61,169 bases of DNA from Clostridia bacterium (GCA_017886645.1 JAGHJM010000099.1:1-61169); one strand, 5' to 3'; positions 1-10,715 are shown, counted from the stretch's first letter. The notes: generated by a model from the letters alone, not told the origin. Numbers and translations: made by a program.

Positions 1-495
1 AAATCCATTAGTTCCTTTTACTTTTTTTAAAAATATTATTCCATCTAAATGGTCACATTCGTGTTGAACTAATCTTGCAAAAAATCCATTTAATGGTTTT
101 ACTATTTTCTCTCCATTTTCATTATAATAAGTCAATTCTATATTTTTATATCTTTCTACTTTTCCTCTTATGCTTGGTACACTCATACAACCTTCGTATT
201 GCACATCTGCATCTTCTGATAACTTCTTCCATGTTGGATTTATCATTGCCGTTATTGCTATTTCTTCTGCATCACTATATTTTATATTTTCTTTTTTGGC
301 TCCTACTACAATAATTCTTTTATTTACTGCTATCTGTGGTGCTGCTATTCCTAATCCTGTTCCATATTCTAATGTTGCTTTTAAGTCTTCCATAATGTCT
401 ATAATCTCTTCATCAATATTTTTTATATTTACTTCTTCACATTTCTTTTCAAGAATAGGATCTCCAACTTCTCTTACTTTTAAAACTTTTCCCAT
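1..495 (-). CDS. def: peptide deformylase; the 3' end runs off the window
   Basis: This comes from my own minus-strand translation and is not in the ORF track. It reads MGKVLKVREVGDPIL..GTGLGIAAPQI..EGCMSVP..QHECDHLDG, which covers the three PDF motifs. The ATG is at 495-493 and the frame is open to base 1. Confidence 0.85.
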   Translation of the reverse strand, partial: MGKVLKVREVGDPILEKKCEEVNIKNIDEEIIDIMEDLKATLEYGTGLGIAAPQIAVNKRIIVVGAKKENIKYSDAEEIAITAMINPTWKKLSEDADVQYEGCMSVPSIRGKVERYKNIELTYYNENGEKIVKPLNGFFARLVQHECDHLDGIIFLKKVKGTNGF

Positions 496-536
496 ATTTT
501 CTCTCTTTCTTAAATTATTTTCAAAATGAAATTAAT

Positions 537-1070
537 TTAAAACTTTAATTCTTTAATTTTTGAAATATCTATTTTGTAAATTTGTTTATAAATATCATCA
601 CAGTTTAAAGTTGTTACCTTACTTTCATCAATATCTAGAATCTTTTTCATATTAAGAACCTCTTCTTTTGATTTTCCTTCTATTTCCATATAAGTTGGTA
701 TCATTGGCCATGAATCTATATCTATTTCTACATCATTTAAAATGTATTGTATTCTTTCGTTTTCTTGATAACTTCTATTTTTAAAACCTATCTTTTTTAG
801 AAATTCATTTGCCTTATGGAAATCTTCTACTTCAAATTCAACTTCCTTTGTTCCATCTATTGTATTGCTTACTACATCTTTATAAGTAAGAGTGGTATGT
901 TCTCCGTTAGTTCTAAGTCTAATCCATTTGCCTTTTTCTGCTGGTCTTAAATCATAAACATATCTTTTTTGTTTAAATTTTCCTTTCTTTATAGCTCCTA
1001 GTTCTTCTAATTTTTTTATAATTTCTTCCTTATTAATTTCTAAAATTCTTATTTCATATTCTGTTTTCAT
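537..1070 (-). CDS. CYTH-domain protein (CyaB-like class IV adenylyl cyclase / triphosphatase fold)
   Basis: The 177-aa size and the N-terminal acidic beta-strand pattern TEYEIRILEI fit a CYTH domain. Confidence 0.65.
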   Translation of the reverse strand: MKTEYEIRILEINKEEIIKKLEELGAIKKGKFKQKRYVYDLRPAEKGKWIRLRTNGEHTTLTYKDVVSNTIDGTKEVEFEVEDFHKANEFLKKIGFKNRSYQENERIQYILNDVEIDIDSWPMIPTYMEIEGKSKEEVLNMKKILDIDESKVTTLNCDDIYKQIYKIDISKIKELKF

Positions 1071-1099
1071 AATTAATCTCCCTTAATTAATAAATAATT

Positions 1100-1738
1100 T
1101 TATCCTTCAACTGTTGGCTTTTTATTATTTTTAGTAAGATCTATTAGAGAATTAACTATTTCCTTGCAGTGCTCATCTGTTATATTTTCAATACTTCTTT
1201 TAAAACTAGAAGTATCTAAGCCATATGCTGCTGATTGTAATATAAATTCTAATTCGTCTAAATTTTTAACAAATTTTGCTTCTTTTGTTTCTCTTTTTTC
1301 AAATTCTTCCCATAGTTCTAAGAAATCATTATCAAAATCTAAAGATTTTAAAACTTTTTGAATTGCTTCTTTTTCTTTTAAATGTTTTTCTTCTTTAGTT
1401 ATTTTATCATATGGAGTATAATCTCCAGCATATATTTCTCCTAACTCATGGATAATACACATTTTTATACATTTTAAAGTATCATATGATAAGTTATATT
1501 TTTCTATCATCGTAATTGCTAATAAAGCCATTGAAAATGAATGGTCTGCAACTGATTCGCATTTTTCTTTATGCTCTAATCCTATTCTTACCTTTAACCA
1601 ACCTTGTCTATATATGTTTTTCAAATGATTATACTGCATATAAAACGAAACTACATCGTTATCTATCTTTTTATATTTTTCGAATGGATTTATATCTTTT
1701 ATATAATTTTCATTATTTTTATCCTTCAATATCTCCAT
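1100..1738 (-). CDS. HD-domain phosphohydrolase, YfbR-like 5'-nucleotidase family
   Basis: It carries ESVADHSFSMA and HELGEIYAGDYTP, which together match the HD..HD..D metal-ligand pattern. Confidence 0.7.
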   Translation of the reverse strand: MEILKDKNNENYIKDINPFEKYKKIDNDVVSFYMQYNHLKNIYRQGWLKVRIGLEHKEKCESVADHSFSMALLAITMIEKYNLSYDTLKCIKMCIIHELGEIYAGDYTPYDKITKEEKHLKEKEAIQKVLKSLDFDNDFLELWEEFEKRETKEAKFVKNLDELEFILQSAAYGLDTSSFKRSIENITDEHCKEIVNSLIDLTKNNKKPTVEG

Positions 1739-1795
1739 ATTTTTTACCCCTATTTATCTTTATATTGTTATTTTTTAACATTCTATCATAAAGCC

Positions 1796-1828
1796 CTAAA
1801 AAAAGGAAGTGCTTTTTCTAGCACCTCC
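1796..1828 (-). terminator. rho-independent terminator after the 1872-2204 gene
   Basis: The minus strand reads GGAGGTGCT-agaaaa-AGCACTTCC followed by a T-run. Confidence 0.7.
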
Positions 1829-1871
1829 AATCAGGTTTTATCTCCAAACATTTATATTTTCATTTTCATAT

Positions 1872-2204
1872 TTACATCTCCATATACCATTGTTTTAAAA
1901 ACACACATTTGTTGTTCTCATTTAATTTTATTTGATATATCATGTCATATGATACTATGTCTTTCAAAATAAAATTAACTATACAACATTTATTATTTTC
2001 ACATAGTATATTGAACTCAATATTACTCATATTTTGTTCTTTTATCTCTTCCCACACTTTTCTAATTTCTTTTATGTCCTCTATTTTCTCTGTAGGACTC
2101 TCATAATACTCTACGTTTTCATCAAATAAATTAACTATGTTTTCTATATTTTTTTGTTTCCAATTATTTAGTAATTCTTCACACCATTTATGATAATCTT
2201 TCAT
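1872..2204 (-). CDS. hypothetical protein, possibly NTF2/SnoaL-like fold
   Basis: It is a 110-aa ORF with host-like composition and a terminator downstream. The fold guess rests only on size and sequence pattern. Confidence 0.4.
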   Translation of the reverse strand: MKDYHKWCEELLNNWKQKNIENIVNLFDENVEYYESPTEKIEDIKEIRKVWEEIKEQNMSNIEFNILCENNKCCIVNFILKDIVSYDMIYQIKLNENNKCVFLKQWYMEM

Positions 2205-2229
2205 ATTTTACTCTCCTAATGTTTACTGC

Positions 2230-3615
2230 TTATAATTCTAGCACTGCTACACATTCCACATGACTCGTATATGGAAACATATCTACCGGCTGAATTTCTT
2301 TTACATCATATTCCGCTTCCATCATATTTATATCTCTTACCATAGTTGCAGGATTACAGCTAATATATATTACTTTTTCTGGTTTTAGCTTTAAAATGTT
2401 ATCTACAGTATTTTTATCTAAACCTCTTCTTGGAGGATCTACAAATACAATATTTGGTATTATATTTTCCTCTTTTATTAAATCTTCTAATATGTTTTCT
2501 ACTGCACCACATCTAAATTTAATATTTTCTATATTATTTATTCTAGCATTCTCTTTTGCATCTTCTATAGCTTGTTCTACAATTTCTATACCATACACTT
2601 TATTTACAAGTGAAGATGCATATATTCCAATTGTTCCAATTCCGCAATATAAGTCTAAGACCACATCACTTTTTTTAAGTTTTGCCGCTTCAATTGCTTT
2701 ATTATATAATATCTCTGTTTGAACTGGATTTGTTTGATAAAACGACATAGGAGATATTTTAAATATATACTTTCCTAACTTATCATTAATATATCCGTCA
2801 CCATATAATACAATATTTTTATCTCCTAAAATCACATTAGAATTTTTAGTATTAATATTTTTTACAATTGTTTTTATTTTGAATTCATTTTTGTTGTCTT
2901 TATTAAATTTTTCAAGTAAGATATTAACAAACTCTTGCTCTTTTTCAAACTTTTCTCCATTTAATACTATAACACACATAACCTCATTAGTTTTTATACC
3001 AACTTTTACTATTAAATGTCTAACAAGTCCTTTTCCTGTTTCTTCATTATATATTGATATATTGTTTTCTCTCACAAACTCAAGCACTTCTCTTGCCATC
3101 TTTTCTGAAATAGGATTTTGTATTTTGCAATCATCTATCTCAATAATTTCGTGCGTTCTTTTTGCATATATACCAAAAACTTTATCTCCATTTTTATTAA
3201 TTCCAAATGGATATTGAGCCTTATTTCTATAATAATATGGCTTTTCCATCCCTATTGTATTATTTACTGTTATTTTATTTTCTAAAGCCTTATTTACTAA
3301 ATTTTGTACTACATCTCTTTTCATTTCTAATGTTTTATTATATTCTATATGTCTTAAATTACATCCTCCACATCTTTTATATGTAGTACAATCCGCTTCT
3401 ACTCTATACTTAGATTTCTCTATAATATCAATTAGTTTTCCATAGCCATGTGATTTAGTAACTTTAACAATTAGTATTTTGCACTTTTCTCCTTTTATGC
3501 CACCATTAATAAAGATAGTATATCCATCTATCTTAGCAATTCCTTCTCCTTCAAATCCATTATCAATTATATCTACTATATATTCTTTATTTTTTTCAAC
3601 TGGTATATTTTCCAT
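2230..3615 (-). CDS. rlmD: 23S rRNA (uracil-5-)-methyltransferase RlmD/RumA family
   Basis: It has an N-terminal TRAM-like region, the Cys cluster CTTYKRCGGCNLRH, the SAM motif VLDLYCGIGTIG, then FVDPPRRG and the catalytic YISCNPAT. Confidence 0.9.
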   Translation of the reverse strand: MENIPVEKNKEYIVDIIDNGFEGEGIAKIDGYTIFINGGIKGEKCKILIVKVTKSHGYGKLIDIIEKSKYRVEADCTTYKRCGGCNLRHIEYNKTLEMKRDVVQNLVNKALENKITVNNTIGMEKPYYYRNKAQYPFGINKNGDKVFGIYAKRTHEIIEIDDCKIQNPISEKMAREVLEFVRENNISIYNEETGKGLVRHLIVKVGIKTNEVMCVIVLNGEKFEKEQEFVNILLEKFNKDNKNEFKIKTIVKNINTKNSNVILGDKNIVLYGDGYINDKLGKYIFKISPMSFYQTNPVQTEILYNKAIEAAKLKKSDVVLDLYCGIGTIGIYASSLVNKVYGIEIVEQAIEDAKENARINNIENIKFRCGAVENILEDLIKEENIIPNIVFVDPPRRGLDKNTVDNILKLKPEKVIYISCNPATMVRDINMMEAEYDVKEIQPVDMFPYTSHVECVAVLEL

Positions 3616-3627
3616 AATAAAATCCTT

Positions 3628-4197
3628 TTATATATAATTTTTAATAACATCATATAATTTGTGTATAGGTAAACCTACAACTGTAAAATAATTACCTTCT
3701 ACTTTGTCTACAAATACTCCAAACTTACTTTGTATTGCATATCCTCCTGCTTTATCATATGGATTTCCTTCTTCAATCCATTTCAATATTTCTTTTTCGC
3801 TCATATCTTTAAAATATACTTTAGCTATGTCATAATCTACATACTCGGTATATTTATCCCCGTCTTGAATTAATATAGTAAGACTTGTTATAACTCTATG
3901 GTCTGTATTTTTGAGTAAATTTAACATCCTTATTGCATCTTCTTTATTTTTTGGTTTTTCTAAAACTTCTTTATCCTTTAATACCATAGTGTCAGAACCA
4001 ATAACTATTCTATCGCCCTCTGTTTTATCAAATACTGCTTTTGCTTTAATATATCCCAGTCTTTTAGATTGCTCTTCTATTGTTAATCCATCTTTAAAAG
4101 TTTCATCTGCATGACTTACAATTACTTCATAATTTAATTCCATTAAATCCATTAATTCTTTCCTTCTTGGTGATTGTGAGGCTAATATAATTCTCAT
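3628..4197 (-). CDS. maf: Maf-like nucleoside triphosphate pyrophosphatase
   Basis: It carries LASQSPRRKELM, GSDTMV and KAGGYAIQ. Confidence 0.9.
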   Translation of the reverse strand: MRIILASQSPRRKELMDLMELNYEVIVSHADETFKDGLTIEEQSKRLGYIKAKAVFDKTEGDRIVIGSDTMVLKDKEVLEKPKNKEDAIRMLNLLKNTDHRVITSLTILIQDGDKYTEYVDYDIAKVYFKDMSEKEILKWIEEGNPYDKAGGYAIQSKFGVFVDKVEGNYFTVVGLPIHKLYDVIKNYI

Positions 4198-4293
4198 ATA
4201 TAATCTTCCTTTCTTAAATAATAAGTATCATAATATTACTTTACTTAATTTAACATGAAATACAAAAAAAATCAATCTTATGTAAAGATTGAT

Positions 4294-5520
4294 TTATTTT
4301 TCTTTTTTCTTTATAACTATTATAGCAACAGTTATACATATTACTGCTACTACTAAAATAATATATGGAATAATATCTTTCATGTTTTCTTCTATTTCTC
4401 CATTATTTGCATTAGCATTTTCTTCATTTTTTTGTTCTTCTAATATAAATGATAGTTTTTCTGCTTGCTGTTTTTGTTCTGCTTCGTATTCTGCTTCCTC
4501 TTGCTCATTTCTTCTATGAACATTTATTTCATATTTTTTCTTTGTTATTCCATCTTCAGCAATTACTACAACTTCTATTATATTATCTCCTATTTGTAGA
4601 TTTTTTGTATTACTTACTTCTGCTTTTGCATTTATATTTATTGGAATTGCTAAAATATCTACACTATTAACTAAATTATCTACGTTCACTCTATAATTAG
4701 TTATATTCTCATCAAATTCAGGAGAAATAGTTACTTGCCTTATTGCTAAATTTTCTAAATTTGCATTAGCTTTTTCTATATCATTTGTTCTAGTTACATA
4801 TATTTTATAATTATTATTTTTTGTTTTATCTTCTGATTGTATATCTATGTTTATTGTATTTAATCCCATTTTTAAATTATTATTTCCACTTATTTTTACT
4901 ATAGCCTTACTATTTTCAGGAATTGCCGTTACTTCTAAGTTTTTAATAGAACTATCTGCTATAAAATAATATTCTTTTATATCTTTTGAAAAATCTGGGC
5001 TTATTCCTTCATGATTTAATCTTAATACTTTTAAATCCACATTATCTGTACTAGTACTTTCATTAGTTGTTTCATTATTTTGTATTGCTACATTTTCTTT
5101 TAATATCTTTACTTCTGTATTATTACTATTAATATTTACCGTATTTCCATTTTCATTATAACCTTCCGCTTCTACTACAATATTTGCTGTACCTTCTTCT
5201 TGTTTTGCTTTAAACTTAAATGTTCCTATATTTACTATATTTTTGTTTTTACCATCTTCTGATACCCAAGTATAAATAATTCTATTATTACTGTAATTTG
5301 CATTTTCTATTTCTCCAATATACTCTAAATTTGTATTATCAAAAAATATTTCTAACGTTAAGGCTGCAACATTTGTATTTGTAATGTTTACTTCTACATT
5401 TATTTCTTCATCTTTTTTTATATAATCTTTATCAGTTATCATTTCTATTTCTGTTTCTGCCAAAGATATAGTTGTCAATAAAGCTAATAATATTATTAAA
5501 GAAACTATAATTCTTTTCAT
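4294..5520 (-). CDS. membrane-anchored surface protein with an N-terminal cohesin-like domain and cadherin-like beta-sandwich repeats
   Basis: It has a signal peptide, a cohesin-like block (INVEVNITNTNVAALTLEIFFDNTNLEYIG..GTFKFKAK), two repeats of the LKVLRLNHEGISPDF..YKIYVTR type, an E/Q-rich linker and a C-terminal TM helix. Confidence 0.55.
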   Translation of the reverse strand: MKRIIVSLIILLALLTTISLAETEIEMITDKDYIKKDEEINVEVNITNTNVAALTLEIFFDNTNLEYIGEIENANYSNNRIIYTWVSEDGKNKNIVNIGTFKFKAKQEEGTANIVVEAEGYNENGNTVNINSNNTEVKILKENVAIQNNETTNESTSTDNVDLKVLRLNHEGISPDFSKDIKEYYFIADSSIKNLEVTAIPENSKAIVKISGNNNLKMGLNTINIDIQSEDKTKNNNYKIYVTRTNDIEKANANLENLAIRQVTISPEFDENITNYRVNVDNLVNSVDILAIPININAKAEVSNTKNLQIGDNIIEVVVIAEDGITKKKYEINVHRRNEQEEAEYEAEQKQQAEKLSFILEEQKNEENANANNGEIEENMKDIIPYIILVVAVICITVAIIVIKKKEK

Positions 5521-5531
5521 CTAAAATCCTT

Positions 5532-7770
5532 TCATTGTTCAATAAATTTTAATTCTAATATATGTCTTTGTATTAAAAGTGAGTCTATTGAAGATGGATT
5601 TTTTCCATCTTTATTTATATTACCTGCAGTTAAAAACACTCCGTTTAATTTTTCTATTTCTAGTATATGCCTTTGTAATACTAATAAATCAATACTGTTT
5701 ATTTTTCCATCTCCATTCACATCTCCATATATTACAATTTCAAACTTTATTTTTAATACATCATTATCTAGTATTTTTATTTTTGATCCTGTTCCTACTA
5801 TTTCATTTTCTGTTAATAATTTATCATCTTTGTTATATATCTCAATTGTATAAATAGTATTAATTTTTTCTTTTATATCATTTACAGTAAGTTCTTTTAT
5901 ATTCCATCCACTTATTTTATTTCCTTGTATCTTTAATGATTCATCAAAACTAATTTCATCTTCATTTATTTTTTCTATTACAGTTACATTTACTTCTTTT
6001 ATTATATTTGAATCTTCTGTAGTAATAATTATTTTAGCTTCTCCCTTTTCTAATGCTGTAATTTTCCCATTAGTATCTACTTTTAATATATTGCCATTGT
6101 CTGTCTTATATGTTACGTTTTTATTACTTGCATCTACTGGATATATTATTGGATTTAATATAAATTCTTCTCCAATTTGTAAAACCAAATTTTCTACATT
6201 TACTTCTAAATCTGTAACTTTAGTATATACCTGTATATCTATCTTACTAGATACATTGTTTTCTTTCGCTTTTACTGTTATTGTAACACTTCCAGATTTT
6301 ATTCCTAATACATTTCCGCACACTGTCTACTCTTGCAATTGTATTATCACTTGATGAAAATTCTACTTCATGATCTTTTGCTTCTTCTGGTAAGATTTCA
6401 ACATTTATTTTTTTAGTTTCGCCTTTGTTTATTACTGTATTATCTATACTAAGTTTTATCTCCTCTATTTGTTTTTCTGGCACTTCTTTTAAATAATTTT
6501 GAAATACATATCCTGTAATACCATTTTCTAATCTTACTTTATCCCATAATTCTCCTGATTGTTTTCCTTTTGCAATTCTAGTCATAATTTCATTTTTATC
6601 TACAGATGTTATTACTTCATATGATGTAGAAGGTCCAGTTCTAATGTTTAAAGTTGTTTGTACATCTGCATAAACTTTGGTATTATCTTTAGAAAAATCA
6701 CTTTCAAGTATATTTGGATTCTCCACCGCTTCTTCTGGCATATTATTATATACTGGAATAATAAAGTTCATACTTGTATTTAACATTCCCATATTATTAT
6801 ATCCATTATAGATTGATTTAGATTCACTATATGGAGCTAATACGTTTGTCATATATTGATGCCAAAATAATTCGCCACTATTATTATCTACCACGTGAAA
6901 TTTTTGAAGATAAACTGTATCTTGTCCTAAATTTATATAACTTGACCCAATAAAAATTCCTCCACCAGTTATTGCTCTTTCTTTTGTATTCCATGGAATT
7001 AAATATTTATTTTTTATTGTTTCACTTGCCCCATTACCATCTTTAGCATATTGAAGCCCTTTTCTTATTGCTCCCATAGGCTCTGACGAACTTGTTGCTC
7101 CTATATTATAAAAATTATATAATCCCTCATATCCACTTACAGTTCCTGATATGGATGCATGTGTTAAAAATGGTCCAACTTCTTGTTTTATTCTTGATGC
7201 TAAATGATATGTGCTTACTAATGACGTTTTTCCAGCTTGCAATATTAAATCAGAATATTTTTTATCCATAGTTATTGTACTGCCACTACTAGTTACATAT
7301 TGAACTGTGGTATTATAAAATTCTGTACCATATAATATTTTCTCTATCCCATCTTTTGTGTTTGTTTTTTCATCATATGAAAGACCTTCAAATTGAAAAA
7401 TTCTTACACTATTTAAAAAATTTCTCGGATCCATAGCATATTCTACTGCTATTCTAGAGGCATCTACCCATCCAGAATCAACTTCTACATTATATTCTCC
7501 TGGATTTGTATTTTTCCATCTATCTGAATAAGATTTTGGAACTAGGTTTACTCCAAATTTATTTTCATTATCTATTACATAATTCCAATCTAACCCTGTA
7601 TATAATGCTGTAAATTTCCAATTAGGAAATTTTTTTTGCAATTCTAATAAATATGGCTTATAGCTATCTGGAAAGTTTTCTATTCCTTCTTTTCTTTCTG
7701 TTGCCATACTTGTAATAGGAATTATAATTAAAAATAGCAGTATTATTAAAAATATCGTTTTCTTTTTCAT
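5532..7770 (-). pseudogene. GH73 N-acetylglucosaminidase-SH3b-Big_2-dockerin surface hydrolase, split by a 1-nt frameshift near 6316-6324
   Basis: ORFs 6247-7770 and 5532-6323 overlap, and together they read through a single Big_2 domain (..NTIARVDS / GNVLGIKSGSVTITVKA). The upstream part has a signal peptide, GH73-like YHLASRIKQE, YNFYNIGA and TVYLQKF, plus an SH3b domain. The downstream part ends in two dockerin repeats, DVNGDGKINSIDLLVLQRHIL and NINKDGKNPSSIDSLLIQRHIL. Confidence 0.7.
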
Positions 7771-7773
7771 TTT

Positions 7774-8412
7774 TTATTCTTCAACTGCCTTTACTATTAA
7801 TCTTTTTTCAGAATAGCTAGAACATGTTATTAGTGTAATTTCTCTTTTACCATTTGTTACCTGATTAAGTGGATTTGTATTATCAGCTTCTACTCTATAC
7901 ATTTCATATATGCTATAAGTATATTTGCCATTTTTATTATCTGATAAATATATTTTATCTCCTATTTCTAAATCTCCTAAATATCCAAACATATTTTTTC
8001 TACCATAGTTATGTCCAGCTATACAGTAATTTCCTACTTCATTTGGTTCTGGTCCCCAATATTTTGAAACACATTCTTCTAATCCTTCTTTAGAATATTC
8101 CTCAAGCACATTGGAATCTATATTTAATTTCGGTATTTCTATCCTTGCACTTACTTTATAATTTAAATATGTTTCTGGTACTTTTCTTTCTAATTTATGC
8201 TTATCGTCAATTATTATAGTTTCTGTACTTATTCTAGAGTATTTTTCTTGTATATCATTTTTTTCTTCTTGTACAAATTTTATTTTGCTTTCATTATAAA
8301 CACCATAAACTATATATATAATTGTTCCCAAAATAAGAAATGTAATAATTATTCTCATAATATTTCTTATCTTATTTTTTTTAGCTTGTCTTTTTTCTCT
8401 TCTGGCTCTCAT
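7774..8412 (-). CDS. sortase-family transpeptidase
   Basis: It has an N-terminal TM anchor, an AGHN motif and the catalytic TLITC motif (REITLITCSS). Confidence 0.85.
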   Translation of the reverse strand: MRARREKRQAKKNKIRNIMRIIITFLILGTIIYIVYGVYNESKIKFVQEEKNDIQEKYSRISTETIIIDDKHKLERKVPETYLNYKVSARIEIPKLNIDSNVLEEYSKEGLEECVSKYWGPEPNEVGNYCIAGHNYGRKNMFGYLGDLEIGDKIYLSDNKNGKYTYSIYEMYRVEADNTNPLNQVTNGKREITLITCSSYSEKRLIVKAVEE

Positions 8413-8469
8413 AATAAAACCTCTTATCCTATGTATTTGTGACTTCTTTTTTAGAAATCACAAATCTTT

Positions 8470-9522
8470 TTAATTTTTCCTTCTTGTTAAAACAAAATAT
8501 AAAATTACTCCTACTACAAGAATTGGAATTATAACAAAATAAATTGTATTTCCTGTTTTAGGCAATGTTTCTGGTTCTTCATTATTAGTTATTCCTGTTG
8601 TATTATTACCTATACTATTTACATTTTCATCTACAACCTCATTACTTATTTCATTTTCTCCTTCAGATGGTTCCGAAGAAGCTTCTTTTACTTCAATATT
8701 AAATGTTTCTTTTACAATTTCAGCATCTGAACTATCCCTGTCTATCAATTTAAATGTAAGTGTATAATTCCCTACTTTATCAAATATACCTCTTACATTT
8801 AATTCTTTATTTACATCTTTTCCTCCTATAGCATCACCTTCTGCCGATCCCCATCCACTTTGTATTATGTCATGTTCTAAATCTTGATTATCTGTTCCAA
8901 ATAATTTTACACTTCCTCCATCTGGTGTAGTTGCCTCTGCTAATATTCTTGTATGTTCATAGTTTTTTCCCATGCTTGAAGATATAGAAATCTTCATATC
9001 TTTCTCTTCATTTACTATTATATCTCCCGTATATTCTAAGTTTATATCATAGTCTACATATATAGGTTCCACTACAACACTTTTAACTATAGGAGTTGTA
9101 ATATCGTCATAAGTTACAGATGCATCATTATTAGCTAGCCCTTCTGCTGTTATACTAAATTCTGTAGGATTTGATGTTATAATATCGCTTTTTGCTTTAA
9201 ATGTAATTGACATGGTTCTACGTGGATTTGTTCCACCAGCTGAATCAAAGTAATATAATCTTACTCTTGTTCCATTATCATTTTCTGTTCCACCTTCTGA
9301 TGATACATATTCAAATAAGTTATTATCATAAGCTACATCTACCGTATAAGAACCTAAGTCTTGACCAAAGTCTACTTCTACAGTTACTTCTTCATTTGGA
9401 TGTATTGTATCTTTATCTACAGATACTGTAATATTATTAAGAGTATCAGCTTGTACTGGCATAGTAAAACTAATTGCAAAAACAAAAATTAAAATTAATG
9501 TTAAACTTACAAACTTTTTCAT
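8470..9522 (-). CDS. LPXTG-anchored surface protein with a cohesin-like N-terminal domain
   Basis: It has a signal peptide and a cohesin-like block (VTVEVDFGQDLGSYTVDVAYDNNLFEYVS..ITFKAK). The C-terminus is LPKTG followed by a hydrophobic helix and an RRK tail. Confidence 0.7.
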   Translation of the reverse strand: MKKFVSLTLILIFVFAISFTMPVQADTLNNITVSVDKDTIHPNEEVTVEVDFGQDLGSYTVDVAYDNNLFEYVSSEGGTENDNGTRVRLYYFDSAGGTNPRRTMSITFKAKSDIITSNPTEFSITAEGLANNDASVTYDDITTPIVKSVVVEPIYVDYDINLEYTGDIIVNEEKDMKISISSSMGKNYEHTRILAEATTPDGGSVKLFGTDNQDLEHDIIQSGWGSAEGDAIGGKDVNKELNVRGIFDKVGNYTLTFKLIDRDSSDAEIVKETFNIEVKEASSEPSEGENEISNEVVDENVNSIGNNTTGITNNEEPETLPKTGNTIYFVIIPILVVGVILYFVLTRRKN

Positions 9523-9632
9523 AAAAACCTCCTTTTTATTTTATATTTTTATTATGGTTAATTTTTTTATTTTTAAGTTGGAAAATTTTGGCGTAAAAAA
9601 ATAGATGTTAAAAATTTAACATCTATAACATT

Positions 9633-10148
9633 TTAGTTTTTCATCATTTCAAAATTAATTTCTTTTAATCCATCATCTATTAGATAACACATTTCTTCAT
9701 GTTGAGATGCATCTTCTGCAATTTTATTTACATCCAATTTTATATACTTTATTGTTCCATTTGCTAATATTTCACCTTTTTCATTCATTATACTTGATTC
9801 TGTTATGAAAAATTTTGAGTTTTCTTTCACAACTATTCCTTTTCCTATTAGTGGAACTTCATATGGTACTGGGTTCCTATATTTAGTATCTAGAGAAATT
9901 GTCACTCCAAATTGCTCCTCATTTCCTTGTTTAGCCCATAATGCTCTTAATCCCATTTCGTCTAACATTGCTGTAATAAGTCCACCATGAACTCTTAGAG
10001 GATAACTTTGATGATACTCTTTGTATTTAAATACGGTCATTACACTACCATCTTCCATATTATAAAAAGGTGCTTTCACTCCATATTCATTATCTAGCCC
10101 GCATATTACACACATCTTACTATTTTTTTGTTTACTAATTATTTTCAT
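9633..10148 (-). CDS. PaaI/hotdog-fold thioesterase
   Basis: It contains HGGLITAMLDEMG. The track start at 10172 is a TTG, whereas the ATG at 10148 has a GAAGG upstream. Confidence 0.6.
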   Translation of the reverse strand: MKIISKQKNSKMCVICGLDNEYGVKAPFYNMEDGSVMTVFKYKEYHQSYPLRVHGGLITAMLDEMGLRALWAKQGNEEQFGVTISLDTKYRNPVPYEVPLIGKGIVVKENSKFFITESSIMNEKGEILANGTIKYIKLDVNKIAEDASQHEEMCYLIDDGLKEINFEMMKN

Positions 10149-10253
10149 TTTATAGTACCTTCTTTCTTGCAATTTATTTTTTGAATTATATCATAATTTT
10201 AGCATATTTTATAATTTTTGGATAATAATAATTTTGAATGGAGGTTTTTATAT

Positions 10254-10685
10254 ATGAGTAATAATTCTAAATATGTATTAAATGAGATTAGTAAAGGTTT
10301 GCAAATGGGAATAGATTCTATTTCCAATGTTTCAAAAAAAGTAGAAGATTCTAATTTAAAAGAAGATTTATTGTTTCAATCAAATGAGTATAATAATTTA
10401 CTTGCTAGAGTTAAAACTGAAATGGAAAATTATGCAGATGAAACAGAACAATTAAACCCTATGCAAAAAGCTATGGGATGGATGAGTGTTGAAATGAGCA
10501 CTTTAACAGATAGAAGTAATTCTAAAATTTCCGAAATGATGCTTCAAGGTACTAATATGGGAATTATTGAAGGTACAAAACTTTGGAATCAAAATCCTAA
10601 TGTAAGTGAGAATGTAAAAAATATTTTAAAAGATTTCATTAGTTTCCAAGAAAACACTGTAGAAAAGCTAAAAAAATATTTATAA
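10254..10685 (+). CDS. hypothetical helical protein
   Basis: A GGAGG lies 9 nt upstream of the ATG at 10254; the track start at 10218 is a TTG. I did not recognise a family. Confidence 0.5.
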   Translation: MSNNSKYVLNEISKGLQMGIDSISNVSKKVEDSNLKEDLLFQSNEYNNLLARVKTEMENYADETEQLNPMQKAMGWMSVEMSTLTDRSNSKISEMMLQGTNMGIIEGTKLWNQNPNVSENVKNILKDFISFQENTVEKLKKYL

Positions 10686-10715
10686 TTTACTTTAGTTAAT
10701 TCTTATAAATTTCTA

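Noticed and set aside
75-529. Two plus-strand ORFs (79 and 119 aa).
   Set aside because: They are low-complexity Leu/Phe/Ile-rich antisense translations of the def gene, which carries all three PDF motifs on the minus strand.
4294-9522. The cohesin/dockerin genes might indicate a cellulosome.
   Set aside because: No cellulase or hemicellulase catalytic domain or CBM3-type scaffoldin is present. The only dockerin is on a peptidoglycan hydrolase.
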